Positions 17,908 through 28,680 of a stretch of 64,000 nucleotides of DNA are shown here, one piece after another. The notes below the pieces were generated by a model that made no database searches, was not told the origin of the DNA, and was given only the letters and a program-made list of their open reading frames with translations. Made by a program: the position numbers and the translations under genes. The DNA is taken from the IMG/VR virus record IMGVR_UViG_3300047550_003635, one strand, 5' to 3'. Positions within the stretch are counted from its first letter, which is position 1. Each line of letters starts with the position of its first letter. This DNA is from a virus.

Positions 17908-18488
17908 TAGAATTTTTTCCTTGAATCGTAAAATACTTTATTTTTTGAAGCATTCACAAAACTCTCGACAGGCAACATTACTGCTATATCCCACTCGCTT
18001 GCGTTTATTTCTAGAAATCTTGATTCTATATGATTAAATAGATATCTTTTGATGCATGGCATGGCTTCAAATGCTTTTGATGTTGCAATCAAATGTGGAT
18101 ATGTTACACGTAATCTGGTTTTTTCATCATAATTATCATCTGTTAATGTTGTGCTTAACTTATCCAACAAAATTATTCTCTGTTTTGGATGTATATAATG
18201 TAGATTTAGACCTAAAAATCCATCGTTATATCTTTCAATAGGTATAACCAATGGAAATGTGTCATAGTATGGTAATTTATCTTTTGTTTTTGGGTCATAG
18301 TAGTAAAAATACATTCTACCTAAAAGAGATTTTTGTTTTAATCTTTCTCTATCTCTCATCAAAGTATCTGACGTTGGTTTTAATTCTTTAACTTTAGCAC
18401 GAAGCCATTGTCTAGAAGCATTTGTTCTAGGTTTAAAACCCTCTTTCGCAAGGGATTCTTGTATTCTGTCTATTAATTTTTTAGCCAT
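17907..18488 (-). CDS. gp2: DNA end protector protein gp2
   Basis: YDPKTK.KLPYYD.FPL, GFLGLNLHY, CIKRYL. Confidence 0.92.
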   Translation of the reverse strand: MAKKLIDRIQESLAKEGFKPRTNASRQWLRAKVKELKPTSDTLMRDRERLKQKSLLGRMYFYYYDPKTKDKLPYYDTFPLVIPIERYNDGFLGLNLHYIHPKQRIILLDKLSTTLTDDNYDEKTRLRVTYPHLIATSKAFEAMPCIKRYLFNHIESRFLEINASEWDIAVMLPVESFVNASKNKVFYDSRKKF

Positions 18489-18495
18489 TATCTAT

Positions 18496-18930
18496 TTATC
18501 TTATGCCTAAATCTTTTTCAGTTAATACAATAAATTGCCATCCATGTTCTTGGCAAAATATATCGGCTGCTTTCCATTTTTCCTGATTGACAATGTATGT
18601 TTTAGCTTCTTCTAAATATGTTTTTGTTTTACGCTTTTGTGTTGGTTTTTGAGTTTGTTTATATGGTTTTATTTCTATAACCATAGTTTTCTCATTACCG
18701 TCTTTTTTTCTTGTATGAATGACGAAATCCGGAAAATATCTATGTATTCTCTGGTCTATTGGCGACTTATAGCGAATAATTAGTTCTTCGGATGACCACC
18801 AGATGATACTGGAATTTTCATCCAACCACTTCATCACTCTAAGTTCCCAATTAGAGCGATATACTATATCGTTGACTTTACCTCTATATTTTTGAGGGTA
18901 TTTTGGTGTAAATCTACCTTTATATGACAT
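18496..18930 (-). CDS. gp4: head completion nuclease gp4
   Basis: YRSNWE, WSSEE, HRYFPDF, EIKP, NQEKWKAA. Confidence 0.93.
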   Translation of the reverse strand: MSYKGRFTPKYPQKYRGKVNDIVYRSNWELRVMKWLDENSSIIWWSSEELIIRYKSPIDQRIHRYFPDFVIHTRKKDGNEKTMVIEIKPYKQTQKPTQKRKTKTYLEEAKTYIVNQEKWKAADIFCQEHGWQFIVLTEKDLGIR

Positions 18931-18963
18931 AAATAATACTTATCTAACTTATTAGGAATCAAA

Positions 18964-20274
18964 ATGGCTCTTTTTGGTTTTTCAGACATAAAATTCAATA
19001 AAAATGAGGTCAGAAGTGGACCATTAGAAAAACTGGTTAGTTCTGATTTTCAGAGGTCTACTTATCGTTATCCAATCGATTTGGGAAACTATGATAAGAG
19101 TCATTATGTAGTTTTTTATATCAGAGAACAAGTTGGTGTTGGTGGTGCGATAAAAAACGCATTACAAAAAGATGATATACCCACAAATGCAAATGACTTT
19201 GGTCAAGGTAGGGGTGGAGTATCATTTTCAGGTTCTGGTTCTGGAAACTCAATACAAAATCTAACAAATAATTTAAAAAGTTATGGTAATGAGATAGCAA
19301 ATCAAATAAATTCTGGTGCAGGTATAAGCAATATATTTCAATCATTCAAAAATGCAGTTTCTGGTATGGGGAGCTCATTAGATAACGTTTTAGGTAACGG
19401 ACAGTTTAATGGAAGTTCTCAGGCAACAAAAGGATTAATAGACAATTCAATTAATAAAATAAAAGGTGAGTCTATTTTTTCAGGAAAAACTACAAGATTG
19501 ACGAAAGATGCGATTGCATTGTATATGCCCGATACAGTTTTATATCAATATAGTCAGGGTTATGCAGATGCTAATATTGGCGGTGAACTTGCTGGTAAAG
19601 TTGCAGGTGGTATTGATGCTGCGTTAGAACAATACAAAGAAGCAGCAAAAAATGAAAGTAAAGTGGTAGCACTTATGAAAGGCGTTGGGTCGGGTTTAGC
19701 ATCAGTTGGTGCCGCCGTTGGCCAAAAAGGTGGAGAAGCTGTTGCTTCTGCTTTAGGTAGTAAAAATACTGGAAAACTTGCGCTACTTGGTGCAACTGGT
19801 GCTGTTCCAAATCCAATGCTTGAAATGATTTATAGTGGACCAAATTTTAGAACGTTTCAATTTACTTTTGATTTTTACCCTAGAAGTGAAAAAGAGGCTC
19901 TTGAAGTCCAAAGAATAATTGAAAGATTACGATATCATCAAGCACCATCAAAACCCGAAATAGAAACTGGAAAAATAAAAGTTGGTGGTTTTCTAGTTCC
20001 TCCTTCAGAATTTGATATAAAATTTTATTATGGTGGACGTGAAAATCCAAATATACCACCAATAGCTTCAAATTGTATTTTGAAAACTATTGATGTGAAC
20101 TATGCACCTGAAGGATTTCAGACATATGAAGTTCCTGGAGAAAATTTTCCTACTTATGGTAGAACAGGTATGCCAGTTCATATTAATGTTCAATTACAAT
20201 TCCAAGAAACAAAGTATCTAACAAAAGATGATTTTAATAAAGATTTAATAAGAGAGGAAACTTTAGGCGGATAA
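18964..20274 (+). CDS. gp48: baseplate tail-tube cap gp48
   Basis: YRYP.D, IALYMP, NP..E..Y.GP.FR.F.F.F...P.S..EA, divergent from gp4. Confidence 0.85.
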   Translation: MALFGFSDIKFNKNEVRSGPLEKLVSSDFQRSTYRYPIDLGNYDKSHYVVFYIREQVGVGGAIKNALQKDDIPTNANDFGQGRGGVSFSGSGSGNSIQNLTNNLKSYGNEIANQINSGAGISNIFQSFKNAVSGMGSSLDNVLGNGQFNGSSQATKGLIDNSINKIKGESIFSGKTTRLTKDAIALYMPDTVLYQYSQGYADANIGGELAGKVAGGIDAALEQYKEAAKNESKVVALMKGVGSGLASVGAAVGQKGGEAVASALGSKNTGKLALLGATGAVPNPMLEMIYSGPNFRTFQFTFDFYPRSEKEALEVQRIIERLRYHQAPSKPEIETGKIKVGGFLVPPSEFDIKFYYGGRENPNIPPIASNCILKTIDVNYAPEGFQTYEVPGENFPTYGRTGMPVHINVQLQFQETKYLTKDDFNKDLIREETLGG

Positions 20275-20277
20275 AAT

Positions 20278-20940
20278 ATGGCAGAATTTTTCAATTATTA
20301 TCCTTCCGTATATTACTCAGGTAATACGAGTGTTAATGGATTAGATACAGTAACGAATATTATTGCAAGATTTGGTTTTGAACAAAAATTTAAAAATAAT
20401 TCTCTTGTGTTTTACCCATATCAAATAAGAGAAGGTGATACACCAGAAATTATTGCTTATAAATTTTATGGTGACGTTGAAAGACATTGGATTGTTTTAA
20501 TGTTTAATGACATTATTGACCCACAATACGAATGGCCTTTAAGTTACAATAGTTTCATTGATTATGTCGATAAAAAATATTCAGCAAATGGTGCAGCAAA
20601 TACAACAGTCCAAACTGGGTTAGCATGGGCGATGAGTGTCAATAATACACATTCATATTACAAAATTATTAAAACATCTGTTGCTGATGGTTCTTCTACA
20701 GGTTCAATAACGACTGAAAAAATTGAAGTTGATGCAAATACATATGCAAACGTTGCGAGTTCATCAAATACATATACATTACAAGACGGTAATGTAATTA
20801 CAGTAACAACATCAAAAGAGAAAAAAACATATTATGATTATGAAGTTGAAACGAATGAAGAAAAAAGAGAAATTAATTTACTTAAACCTGAATTTGTTAC
20901 GCAAGTCGAAGAAGAATTTAAAAGAGTAATTTCTCTATGA
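20278..20940 (+). CDS. gp53: baseplate wedge subunit gp53
   Basis: EGDTPE.IA.KFYGD...HW.VL.FN.I.DP..EWP, Y.YE...NE.KR.I.LLKP. Confidence 0.92.
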   Translation: MAEFFNYYPSVYYSGNTSVNGLDTVTNIIARFGFEQKFKNNSLVFYPYQIREGDTPEIIAYKFYGDVERHWIVLMFNDIIDPQYEWPLSYNSFIDYVDKKYSANGAANTTVQTGLAWAMSVNNTHSYYKIIKTSVADGSSTGSITTEKIEVDANTYANVASSSNTYTLQDGNVITVTTSKEKKTYYDYEVETNEEKREINLLKPEFVTQVEEEFKRVISL

Positions 20941-22268
20941 ACTTTTTCAGAAAAGCTACTGATTTTAAAATTATAGAATTATCTATAGTTACTAAATCTG
21001 GTAAAATTGACATAACAAACTTATTCATTGAGTTGAATATATTTGATTCGATGCTTGTTCCTGTTATGTCTGGAAATTTGTTAATATCAGATTCTATAGG
21101 ACTTGCAAATAAATTAATGTTTGATGGTTCAGAATCAATTTTAATTGAGATATCAAAGAGTGCAAAATTTCCTGTTGCTAGATTCAAAAAAGCATTTAGA
21201 ATTTATAAACAATCTGACAGAAAAAATACAAATCTTACCAACGAACAATATATTTTACATTTTGTTTCTGATGAATTAATGTTTTCAGACCAACAAAAAA
21301 TAAATCAATCTTTTGAAGGCACATACTCATCTATAGTAAAAAGAATACTTGAGAACTATTTAAAAATACCAAAAAATAATTATAAGGGTCTTTATGAGAA
21401 TACAAAAGGTATTAAAAAAATTGTAATACCTAATTTAAGACCTATTGATGCCATTCAATGGTGCACAAAAAGGTCAATCGATATACAAAATTCACCTAAC
21501 TTTTTATTTTTTCAAAATGTTATAGGTTATAATTTTGCATCACTATCGACATTATTGACACAAGAGCAAGTTCTCGACATTATTTTTGATTTAAAAAATC
21601 AAAAAGATGCTGACCCCATAGACGAAATGAAAATGGCAAGAGCGATGCAAATGGTAGAACAAGTGGATGAAAATCAGAGAATTCGTGATGGTGTAAATGC
21701 TGGTAAATTTATAGGGTTTGACCCAATGACGGGTGTGATAGCCAATAAGAATATAAGTTACGGCGATGTCTTTGCAGATATGAAACATGGAAATAAAAAC
21801 CCAAATGTTTCTGTAATAGAGAATCGAGATGGAGTTACAAATATTCAAGCATTCGATTCGAAAAAAATGATGAATGTATTTGGTGCCGCAAAACAATTAA
21901 GTAATTATATTAAAAATAATGACCCCACATCATTATCAAAAGAAGAAAATTATGAATCATTTATGTTTCAGAGAGCATCACTGATAGGTAATTTAATGTC
22001 GAGAAGATTGAAACTTCTAATGCCTGGTAATTTCCAGCTAAGTTCAGGTTTCAATGTTTATATAAATGCACCAAGTTTTTCAAAACACAACAAAGGTATA
22101 AATTCAAAAGATGAAACTTTGTCGGGTAAATATATTATTTTAGCATCAAGACATGTTATAGGTTTTGACAAACACGAAACAGCTATTGAAGTAGCAACAA
22201 CTTCTACACAAAACCCATTTATTCCAGCAAGCAGTTTGGAAGAAACCAGACTAATGTTAGATTATTAA
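20937..22268 (+). CDS. baseplate hub protein (gp27-like)
   Basis: Between gp53 and gp5; SGKY.I...RH C-terminal motif. Confidence 0.65.
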   Translation: MNFFRKATDFKIIELSIVTKSGKIDITNLFIELNIFDSMLVPVMSGNLLISDSIGLANKLMFDGSESILIEISKSAKFPVARFKKAFRIYKQSDRKNTNLTNEQYILHFVSDELMFSDQQKINQSFEGTYSSIVKRILENYLKIPKNNYKGLYENTKGIKKIVIPNLRPIDAIQWCTKRSIDIQNSPNFLFFQNVIGYNFASLSTLLTQEQVLDIIFDLKNQKDADPIDEMKMARAMQMVEQVDENQRIRDGVNAGKFIGFDPMTGVIANKNISYGDVFADMKHGNKNPNVSVIENRDGVTNIQAFDSKKMMNVFGAAKQLSNYIKNNDPTSLSKEENYESFMFQRASLIGNLMSRRLKLLMPGNFQLSSGFNVYINAPSFSKHNKGINSKDETLSGKYIILASRHVIGFDKHETAIEVATTSTQNPFIPASSLEETRLMLDY

Positions 22269-22269
22269 T

Positions 22270-23106
22270 ATGTCAGATAAAGAACAAAAATTTGCTGGTA
22301 AAGATGGTTTTGTATGGTGGACTGGTGTTGTTGAGAGTCGTCAAGACCCTCTAAAAATGGGTCGTTGCAGAGTTCGTTGTGTTGGATGGGATTCTGATAA
22401 CAAAATGCAAGCACCGACAGAATCATTACCATGGGCTATGCCTTTATTACCTATTAATAATCCAAATCCATATGCGATTAAAGAGGGTGATATGGTTATG
22501 GGTTTCTTCATGGACGGAGAAAATGCTCAAGAACGTGTGATTATGGGTATATTTCCAAAAATACCTTTGAGAAAAGCTAATAATCAACAACCATATAATG
22601 ACCCGAGAAATGAAACAGAACTATCTGCTGCACCAGTAAAACCAAACGAAACTGCAACTGGATACCCAAGACGTTTAGATGAACCAACAACTTCACGTTT
22701 AGCCCGAAATGAGAGTATCGATGATTCTATCGTTTCGATGAAAAAAGCTAAAAAAGCAAGCAAAGTTGAACCAGACCCATACTATAACGCAAAGTATCCA
22801 TATAATAATGTATATGAATCAGAATCTGGTCATGCGATGGAATTTGATGATACGAAAGATAATGAAAGAGTTCATTTGTATCATAGGTCTGGTTCTTATA
22901 TAGAATGGGGTCCTGCTGGTGATAGAGCAGAAAGAATTCAAAAAGACAAATTTACTGTTGTTGTTGGTAATGAAAAAGTCTATGTAAAGGGTGATGTGAC
23001 TGTTTATGTTGATGGAAATGTGAATATGCAAGTTGGAGGAACATATACAGTTCAATCAGGTGGAACGATGACATTTATTGCGCCTAAAATAGATTTGAAT
23101 CCATAA
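22270..23106 (+). CDS. gp5: baseplate central spike gp5 (OB-fold + beta-helix, no lysozyme domain)
   Basis: WWTGVVE.R.DP..MGR.RVR, LPWA, YPYN.V.ESESGH..EFDDT, V.G repeats. Confidence 0.92.
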   Translation: MSDKEQKFAGKDGFVWWTGVVESRQDPLKMGRCRVRCVGWDSDNKMQAPTESLPWAMPLLPINNPNPYAIKEGDMVMGFFMDGENAQERVIMGIFPKIPLRKANNQQPYNDPRNETELSAAPVKPNETATGYPRRLDEPTTSRLARNESIDDSIVSMKKAKKASKVEPDPYYNAKYPYNNVYESESGHAMEFDDTKDNERVHLYHRSGSYIEWGPAGDRAERIQKDKFTVVVGNEKVYVKGDVTVYVDGNVNMQVGGTYTVQSGGTMTFIAPKIDLNP

Positions 23107-23399
23107 TGGCACAGATACATAGAAATACAGATTCTAGAATTTGTGGTGCATCAACAGTTGTTGTTGGTCAATCAACAGTATTTGCAAATAGTCTTTTAGT
23201 TGCAGTTAATGGTGACCCAAATACTCATAGTGGTGGTAATTTAATAGCTGCATGTAAGAACGTTTTTATCAATCAAAAAATGGTTGTAAATCATAGTCCA
23301 GATAATGCTGAACCTGATGGTCTTTGTCCTATACCTGGTGGTCCACATTGTGCGCCAGCAACTGCAAGTGGTTCACCTAACGTCTATGTTGGAGATTAA
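23106..23399 (+). CDS. PAAR-like spike tip protein (gp5.4)
   Basis: D...CGA, H/C ligands, GSPNVYVG; directly after gp5. Confidence 0.85.
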   Translation: MAQIHRNTDSRICGASTVVVGQSTVFANSLLVAVNGDPNTHSGGNLIAACKNVFINQKMVVNHSPDNAEPDGLCPIPGGPHCAPATASGSPNVYVGD

Positions 23400-23412
23400 G
23401 AATAAATAGAAC

Positions 23413-23817
23413 ATGGCTACCGTAAATATTAAAACAACAAGAATTTTTTCTGATTTGGACTTAAATTTTAAAGTTCATCCAGTAAAAAAAGATATCAATA
23501 AATTTAAAAATGAATATGCTATAACCAATTCAGTGAAAAATTTGGTTCTGACAAATCACTATGAAAGACCTTTTAATCCTGTTTTGGGAAGTAATGTAAA
23601 ACGACTTTTGTTTGAAAATGTCGATGATATTAATGGAGCACAAATTGAACGTGAGATATCAGAGACTATAGATAATTTTGAACCCAGAGTAAGTGTATCA
23701 AAAGTGATAGCTACTCCTGCACCCGATGAAAATGGATATAGAGTTACTTTAGAATTTTATATTGTGAATTTACCAAACCCAATAACAATAAACTTTTTCT
23801 TAGAACGAATTAGATAA
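23413..23817 (+). CDS. gp25: baseplate wedge subunit gp25
   Basis: SDLDL.F..HP, ERPF.P..GS, FEPRV. Confidence 0.93.
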   Translation: MATVNIKTTRIFSDLDLNFKVHPVKKDINKFKNEYAITNSVKNLVLTNHYERPFNPVLGSNVKRLLFENVDDINGAQIEREISETIDNFEPRVSVSKVIATPAPDENGYRVTLEFYIVNLPNPITINFFLERIR

Positions 23818-23818
23818 A

Positions 23819-25876
23819 ATGGCTGACCGTTTACGCATAACAGAACTTGATTTCGATACAATCAAGCAAAATTTAAAAACTTTTTTAAATCAACAATCTG
23901 AATTTACAGATTATGATTTTGAAGGTTCTGGACTTTCTGTCCTTTTAGATATACTAGCTTATAATACACATTATAACGCTTATTATTTGAACATGGTTGC
24001 AAATGAATCTTTCTTAGATACTGCAATATTAAGAGATTCTGTAGTATCTCATGCGAAAACATTAGGTTATTTACCTTATTCAATGACATGTCCTGTTGCT
24101 ACAATTAATTTTACTGCCAACTCATCATCGAATACAGCAGATACATTGACACTTCCTGCTGGTTACATTTTCATGTCAAATTTAATAGATGGTAAATCTT
24201 ATAATTTTGTAGTTTTGGAAGATACAATCGCAACAAAATCAAATACTTCTTTCTATTTTGAAAATCTTGAGATATATGAGGGTAATTATACCACTTATAA
24301 TTATAGTTATAATGCAGCGACAAATCCAAAACAGGTTTTCTCATTACCAGATGCAAATATAGATATACAAACATTAAAGGTGTCTGTCAAACCATCATCA
24401 TCAAGCACATCAATAAATTCATATCAAAGAGTTACTGAAATTCTTGATATTACATCAACATCAAAAGCATTTTTCATACAAGAAAATAAAGCAGGATTTT
24501 ATCAGATATATTTTGGTAATGATTCTGTTGGTGCAAGTTTACCTGATGGTGCGGTTGTTATAGTTTCATATGTCATAACAAGTGGTGATAATGCGAATAA
24601 AGCTAACAATTTTATAGCGGGTTCAAGTGTGACTACAGATGGATTGGAATCTATAAATGAATTTATAATTAGTCCAGTTTCAGCAGCAGCAGGTGGTTCA
24701 GATAGGGAATCTGTCGATAATATTAAATTCTCAGCAGCAGCGCAATTTTCAACACAAAATAGATTGGTCACATTTAAAGACTATGAATCATATTTACTAA
24801 AGAGTTATCCAAGTATTGATTCACTATCTGTATGGGGCGGTGAAGATGAAACAATACCTGTTTATGGTAAAGTTTTCATTTCATTAAAACCTAAAACAGG
24901 TTATTATATTTCCGAAACAGAAAAGCAAAGAATTATTGATGAAATAATTAAACCTAAAGCTATTGTTACAACAACACCTGAAATACGTGACCCTGAATTT
25001 CTTTATCTTGTTGTTGAGAATTATGTTGAATATGACCCAACAAAAACTTCATTAAGTTCGGATGCATTAAAAACAGCAATTAAAAATGCCGTAATTTCTT
25101 ATAATACAACATATCTGAATAAATTTGCTTCATCTTTTGTTCTATCAAAATTACAAGATGCAATTGATTCTATTGATACTAATGCGATTAAGGGTTCTGA
25201 AGTAATTTTAAGATTGCAGAAAAGATTTGAACCTCAAATCGGAATATCAGCAAACTATACAATCGATTTTGCAGCACCATTGCATCGCGGAACTACAACA
25301 AATAAATTACAATCAACTGAATTTTCGGCATATGATATTCTAGGTGTTTTAAGAAAAGTTCAAATAGAAGAAACACCCGAATCGTTTACAGGTATTTCAT
25401 CTATATCAGTATTAAATCCTGGAACAGGTTATTTGACTACACCAACAGTCACTATCACTGGAGATGGCACTGGTGCAACAGCCGAAGCAGTAATAGTCAA
25501 TGGTAAAATACAAAGTATTAATGTTCTAAATCGCGGAATTAACTATACACGCGCTGTCGTTACTATTTCTGGTGGTAGTGGTAATGGTGCAACTGGATTA
25601 GCTATTTTGGATGGCAGACAGGGAACTCTACGTTTAGTTTATTTTGATGATAACGCACAAAGACAGATTATAAACGATAATATTGGTTCGATAAATTATG
25701 ATAGTGGTGTAGTTCAGCTTAATGATTTAAGAGTTATTTCAGCAGATACTTCTGATTCATTGTTAAGACTTACAATAGAATCGCAAAGAGGTATTGTTGA
25801 TTCATTTAGAAATACAATAATTTCCATCGATGTGGAAGACCCAACAGCAATTTCAACTGAATTAGTTAAGATTTAA
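23819..25876 (+). CDS. gp6: baseplate wedge subunit gp6
   Basis: LDFD.IK..LK.FL, DYDFEGS.LS.LLD.LAYNTHY, QNRLVT..DY, WGGE. Confidence 0.95.
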   Translation: MADRLRITELDFDTIKQNLKTFLNQQSEFTDYDFEGSGLSVLLDILAYNTHYNAYYLNMVANESFLDTAILRDSVVSHAKTLGYLPYSMTCPVATINFTANSSSNTADTLTLPAGYIFMSNLIDGKSYNFVVLEDTIATKSNTSFYFENLEIYEGNYTTYNYSYNAATNPKQVFSLPDANIDIQTLKVSVKPSSSSTSINSYQRVTEILDITSTSKAFFIQENKAGFYQIYFGNDSVGASLPDGAVVIVSYVITSGDNANKANNFIAGSSVTTDGLESINEFIISPVSAAAGGSDRESVDNIKFSAAAQFSTQNRLVTFKDYESYLLKSYPSIDSLSVWGGEDETIPVYGKVFISLKPKTGYYISETEKQRIIDEIIKPKAIVTTTPEIRDPEFLYLVVENYVEYDPTKTSLSSDALKTAIKNAVISYNTTYLNKFASSFVLSKLQDAIDSIDTNAIKGSEVILRLQKRFEPQIGISANYTIDFAAPLHRGTTTNKLQSTEFSAYDILGVLRKVQIEETPESFTGISSISVLNPGTGYLTTPTVTITGDGTGATAEAVIVNGKIQSINVLNRGINYTRAVVTISGGSGNGATGLAILDGRQGTLRLVYFDDNAQRQIINDNIGSINYDSGVVQLNDLRVISADTSDSLLRLTIESQRGIVDSFRNTIISIDVEDPTAISTELVKI

Positions 25877-25878
25877 TA

Positions 25879-28665
25879 ATGGCTACAGATTTAAAAACTT
25901 CGATACTCATAAACAGACAACTTCCCGAATTCGTTCGTGAAGAATATCCTTTATTTCAAACATTTCTTGAAGCATATTATGAGTATTTGGAACAGAAACA
26001 AACTGGTGAAAAAAATGATTTAATAGCAGAAGCTAAAAATCTTCGTTATATTTCAGATGTTGATTATTCTATAGATGAGTTTGAACAACAATTTTTTAAT
26101 ACCTTTGCAAGTTTATTTCCAAAAGATGTTGCAGTTGATAAAGCATTTTTGATTAAACATGTGTTACCATTATATCTTTCAAAAGGTTCTGAAAAGTCGT
26201 TCAAACTTTTATTCAGAATGTTGTTTGGGCAAGAACTTGAAGTAAATTACCCCAAAAATAATGTATTAAGAGCATCGGATGGTAAATGGTTAGTTGAAAA
26301 TATTATTCGTATAACGACAGACATATATTCAGAATATCAAAGCGATGGCACGAATAAAGAATTTTATTTAATTGAAAAGCCAACACAAAATACTGATATA
26401 TCAATAGTATCAGTAGATTATTCAAAAATGGCTTTACATTTATTAGATGCTGCTGTTTCGATAGAGCCATATTTTTCATTATTAAACGAGTCGATTAATG
26501 GAAGAAAATTAGGTGATTTGAATAATAGTGGGTTAGTAACTTCTGCTGATGCTGGAATATACAATCAGTGGTATAATGGAGCAACTATATCAAATTCAAT
26601 TAAAGACTATATTGAGAATATATTTAATCCTACAATTCTTTCAAATAGAACAAAATATGCGTCTTTGTTGAATACGACATCAGTTTATTTAAGACCAGAA
26701 TCACAAAAAATTGCTTTTGATAGTGCTATACCAAATGGTGAAAAAGTTTTAGTTTATTATAACAATCTAAATTATAATATTTTCTCAAATCGTAAAATAA
26801 ATGGCGTTACATCGGGTGCAACAGCAATCGTTGAAAAAACTTCATCAAGATATATCAATAATCAATTAGTTGTTGAATTTTATATTAATAATAAAACTCT
26901 TGATGGTGAATTTGATTTTGGTGAAAAATTAACAACAGATATTATTGGTCCTAACGATGAATTAATTGATGTTTCACTACAAACATATTCATCACTTAAA
27001 TCGATAACAGTTATTGATGGTGGTGCAAATTACAATGTAGGTGACCCAGTTCTTATAAGTTCACCTGAATCAGTAAGAACACCTTCAGCACTAATTTCAA
27101 AAGTTTTTAAAGGAACAGTATCAAAAATAAATGTAAATGACGGTGGTGCCGGATTTAATGTTGGTTCAAGTATAGTTGCTGTTGATTATTTACCCACACA
27201 ATTTTTATTTTCAGTAAGTTCTGTAGATAATACGGGTGCAAATACTGCAAATACTTTTACAATATATTCTGATATTATTAGTGATGTTGACCCAACAAAT
27301 ACAATATTGAGTGCAAGTGATTGGCATTTTACTGGAAATACTGGCGGTGGTTCAAATCTTTATAGTAATATATCAACAGTTTTATCAAATACATCATATG
27401 TTGGTATAGGTGAAATAGCGATTGTTAGTATCAATGTAGCAAATGCTGTAGTTGTTACATCTCCTGTATTAAATGCTGCGCCAGCTACAGTAAATATTGC
27501 ACCACTAACAGCAAATACAGCATCTTATACATTGATTAAAATTGATACATTTGGTTCTTTGGGTAAAATGGTGATACATGATGGTGGCACTGGTTATTCT
27601 GTTGGTGATGAATTAGTCTTTACAAATAAACCTATGTCATTGGGTATAGGTGCAGAGGGTGAAGTTTCTTCTGTAAATGCTACAGGTTCAATTACAAAAG
27701 TTGAATTTGTTCCACCAAAATTAACGGGAACAGCAAACATACAATCATCAAATGTTATGGTTGTTGGAACAGGTACCTTATTTACTACTGAATTAAAAGT
27801 TGGTAACAAAATAAAAATAGGAAATAATACAAGAACTGTTTCTGTCATAGCATCAGATACTTCACTAAATGTAAATACGCATTTTGGACAAACTGCAACA
27901 TCACAGAAAATACGTTTATGGAACAAGTATCTTCTTGGTGGACAAAACTATAGACAAGATAAATTACCGACAGTTTCAGTTTCAAATTTATCAGCTTCGG
28001 GTGCAAATATTTCTGTCACATCAATAATGGGCGATGGTGAAGATTTATCTGTTGTTTCAGGTAATAATAAACCAGGTGAAATACAAGAAATTATTATTAC
28101 TGATAATGGTGTTGGTTTGAAGTATGTTCCTGCTATCGATTTAACAAATAAAGGTGATGGAACTGCTACAGCATATGCGAATGTATTTGCAACATATGAA
28201 TCATTACCAGGTAGATGGACATCTTCAGACAGTATTATATCATCATCTGATAGAAAATTACAGGGAAGAAATTATTATGTTGATTATTCATATGTGACAA
28301 CAACATCAGAGGAATTTGCAAAATATAAGAGCATTTTCAAACAACTAATTCATCCAGCAGGTTATAGAGCATATGCCGAAATAACCAAATTAGATATTCC
28401 AAATTATGTTGAAAGTAATGTTCCATATTCGAATTCATCAGTTACCATTTCTGGCACAGCAAATGTTGTCAATAATAGCATCTATGTGACAGGAACAAAT
28501 ACCAAATTTAATGTTGCTAATACCGTAATTTTCAATATAGGTTCACAGATAGCAATTAACTCTGAAATTAGAGTAATAAGCAGTATTATAAGCAATACAA
28601 ATCTTGCTGTTACATCAGCATTTTCAATAACGACAAATAATGAAAGTATTGTTATTTTAAATTGA
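25879..28665 (+). CDS. gp7: baseplate wedge initiator gp7-like
   Basis: QLPEF..E.YP.F..FL.AYY, Y.SKGSEKSF..LFR, YY.DYSY, HPAG. Confidence 0.8.
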   Translation: MATDLKTSILINRQLPEFVREEYPLFQTFLEAYYEYLEQKQTGEKNDLIAEAKNLRYISDVDYSIDEFEQQFFNTFASLFPKDVAVDKAFLIKHVLPLYLSKGSEKSFKLLFRMLFGQELEVNYPKNNVLRASDGKWLVENIIRITTDIYSEYQSDGTNKEFYLIEKPTQNTDISIVSVDYSKMALHLLDAAVSIEPYFSLLNESINGRKLGDLNNSGLVTSADAGIYNQWYNGATISNSIKDYIENIFNPTILSNRTKYASLLNTTSVYLRPESQKIAFDSAIPNGEKVLVYYNNLNYNIFSNRKINGVTSGATAIVEKTSSRYINNQLVVEFYINNKTLDGEFDFGEKLTTDIIGPNDELIDVSLQTYSSLKSITVIDGGANYNVGDPVLISSPESVRTPSALISKVFKGTVSKINVNDGGAGFNVGSSIVAVDYLPTQFLFSVSSVDNTGANTANTFTIYSDIISDVDPTNTILSASDWHFTGNTGGGSNLYSNISTVLSNTSYVGIGEIAIVSINVANAVVVTSPVLNAAPATVNIAPLTANTASYTLIKIDTFGSLGKMVIHDGGTGYSVGDELVFTNKPMSLGIGAEGEVSSVNATGSITKVEFVPPKLTGTANIQSSNVMVVGTGTLFTTELKVGNKIKIGNNTRTVSVIASDTSLNVNTHFGQTATSQKIRLWNKYLLGGQNYRQDKLPTVSVSNLSASGANISVTSIMGDGEDLSVVSGNNKPGEIQEIIITDNGVGLKYVPAIDLTNKGDGTATAYANVFATYESLPGRWTSSDSIISSSDRKLQGRNYYVDYSYVTTTSEEFAKYKSIFKQLIHPAGYRAYAEITKLDIPNYVESNVPYSNSSVTISGTANVVNNSIYVTGTNTKFNVANTVIFNIGSQIAINSEIRVISSIISNTNLAVTSAFSITTNNESIVILN

Positions 28666-28680
28666 GATAAATAGAAAACT

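Noticed and set aside
18496-18930. TnsA-like endonuclease suggesting a transposon
   Set aside because: This is T4 gp4 in its usual context; no transposase or terminal repeats.
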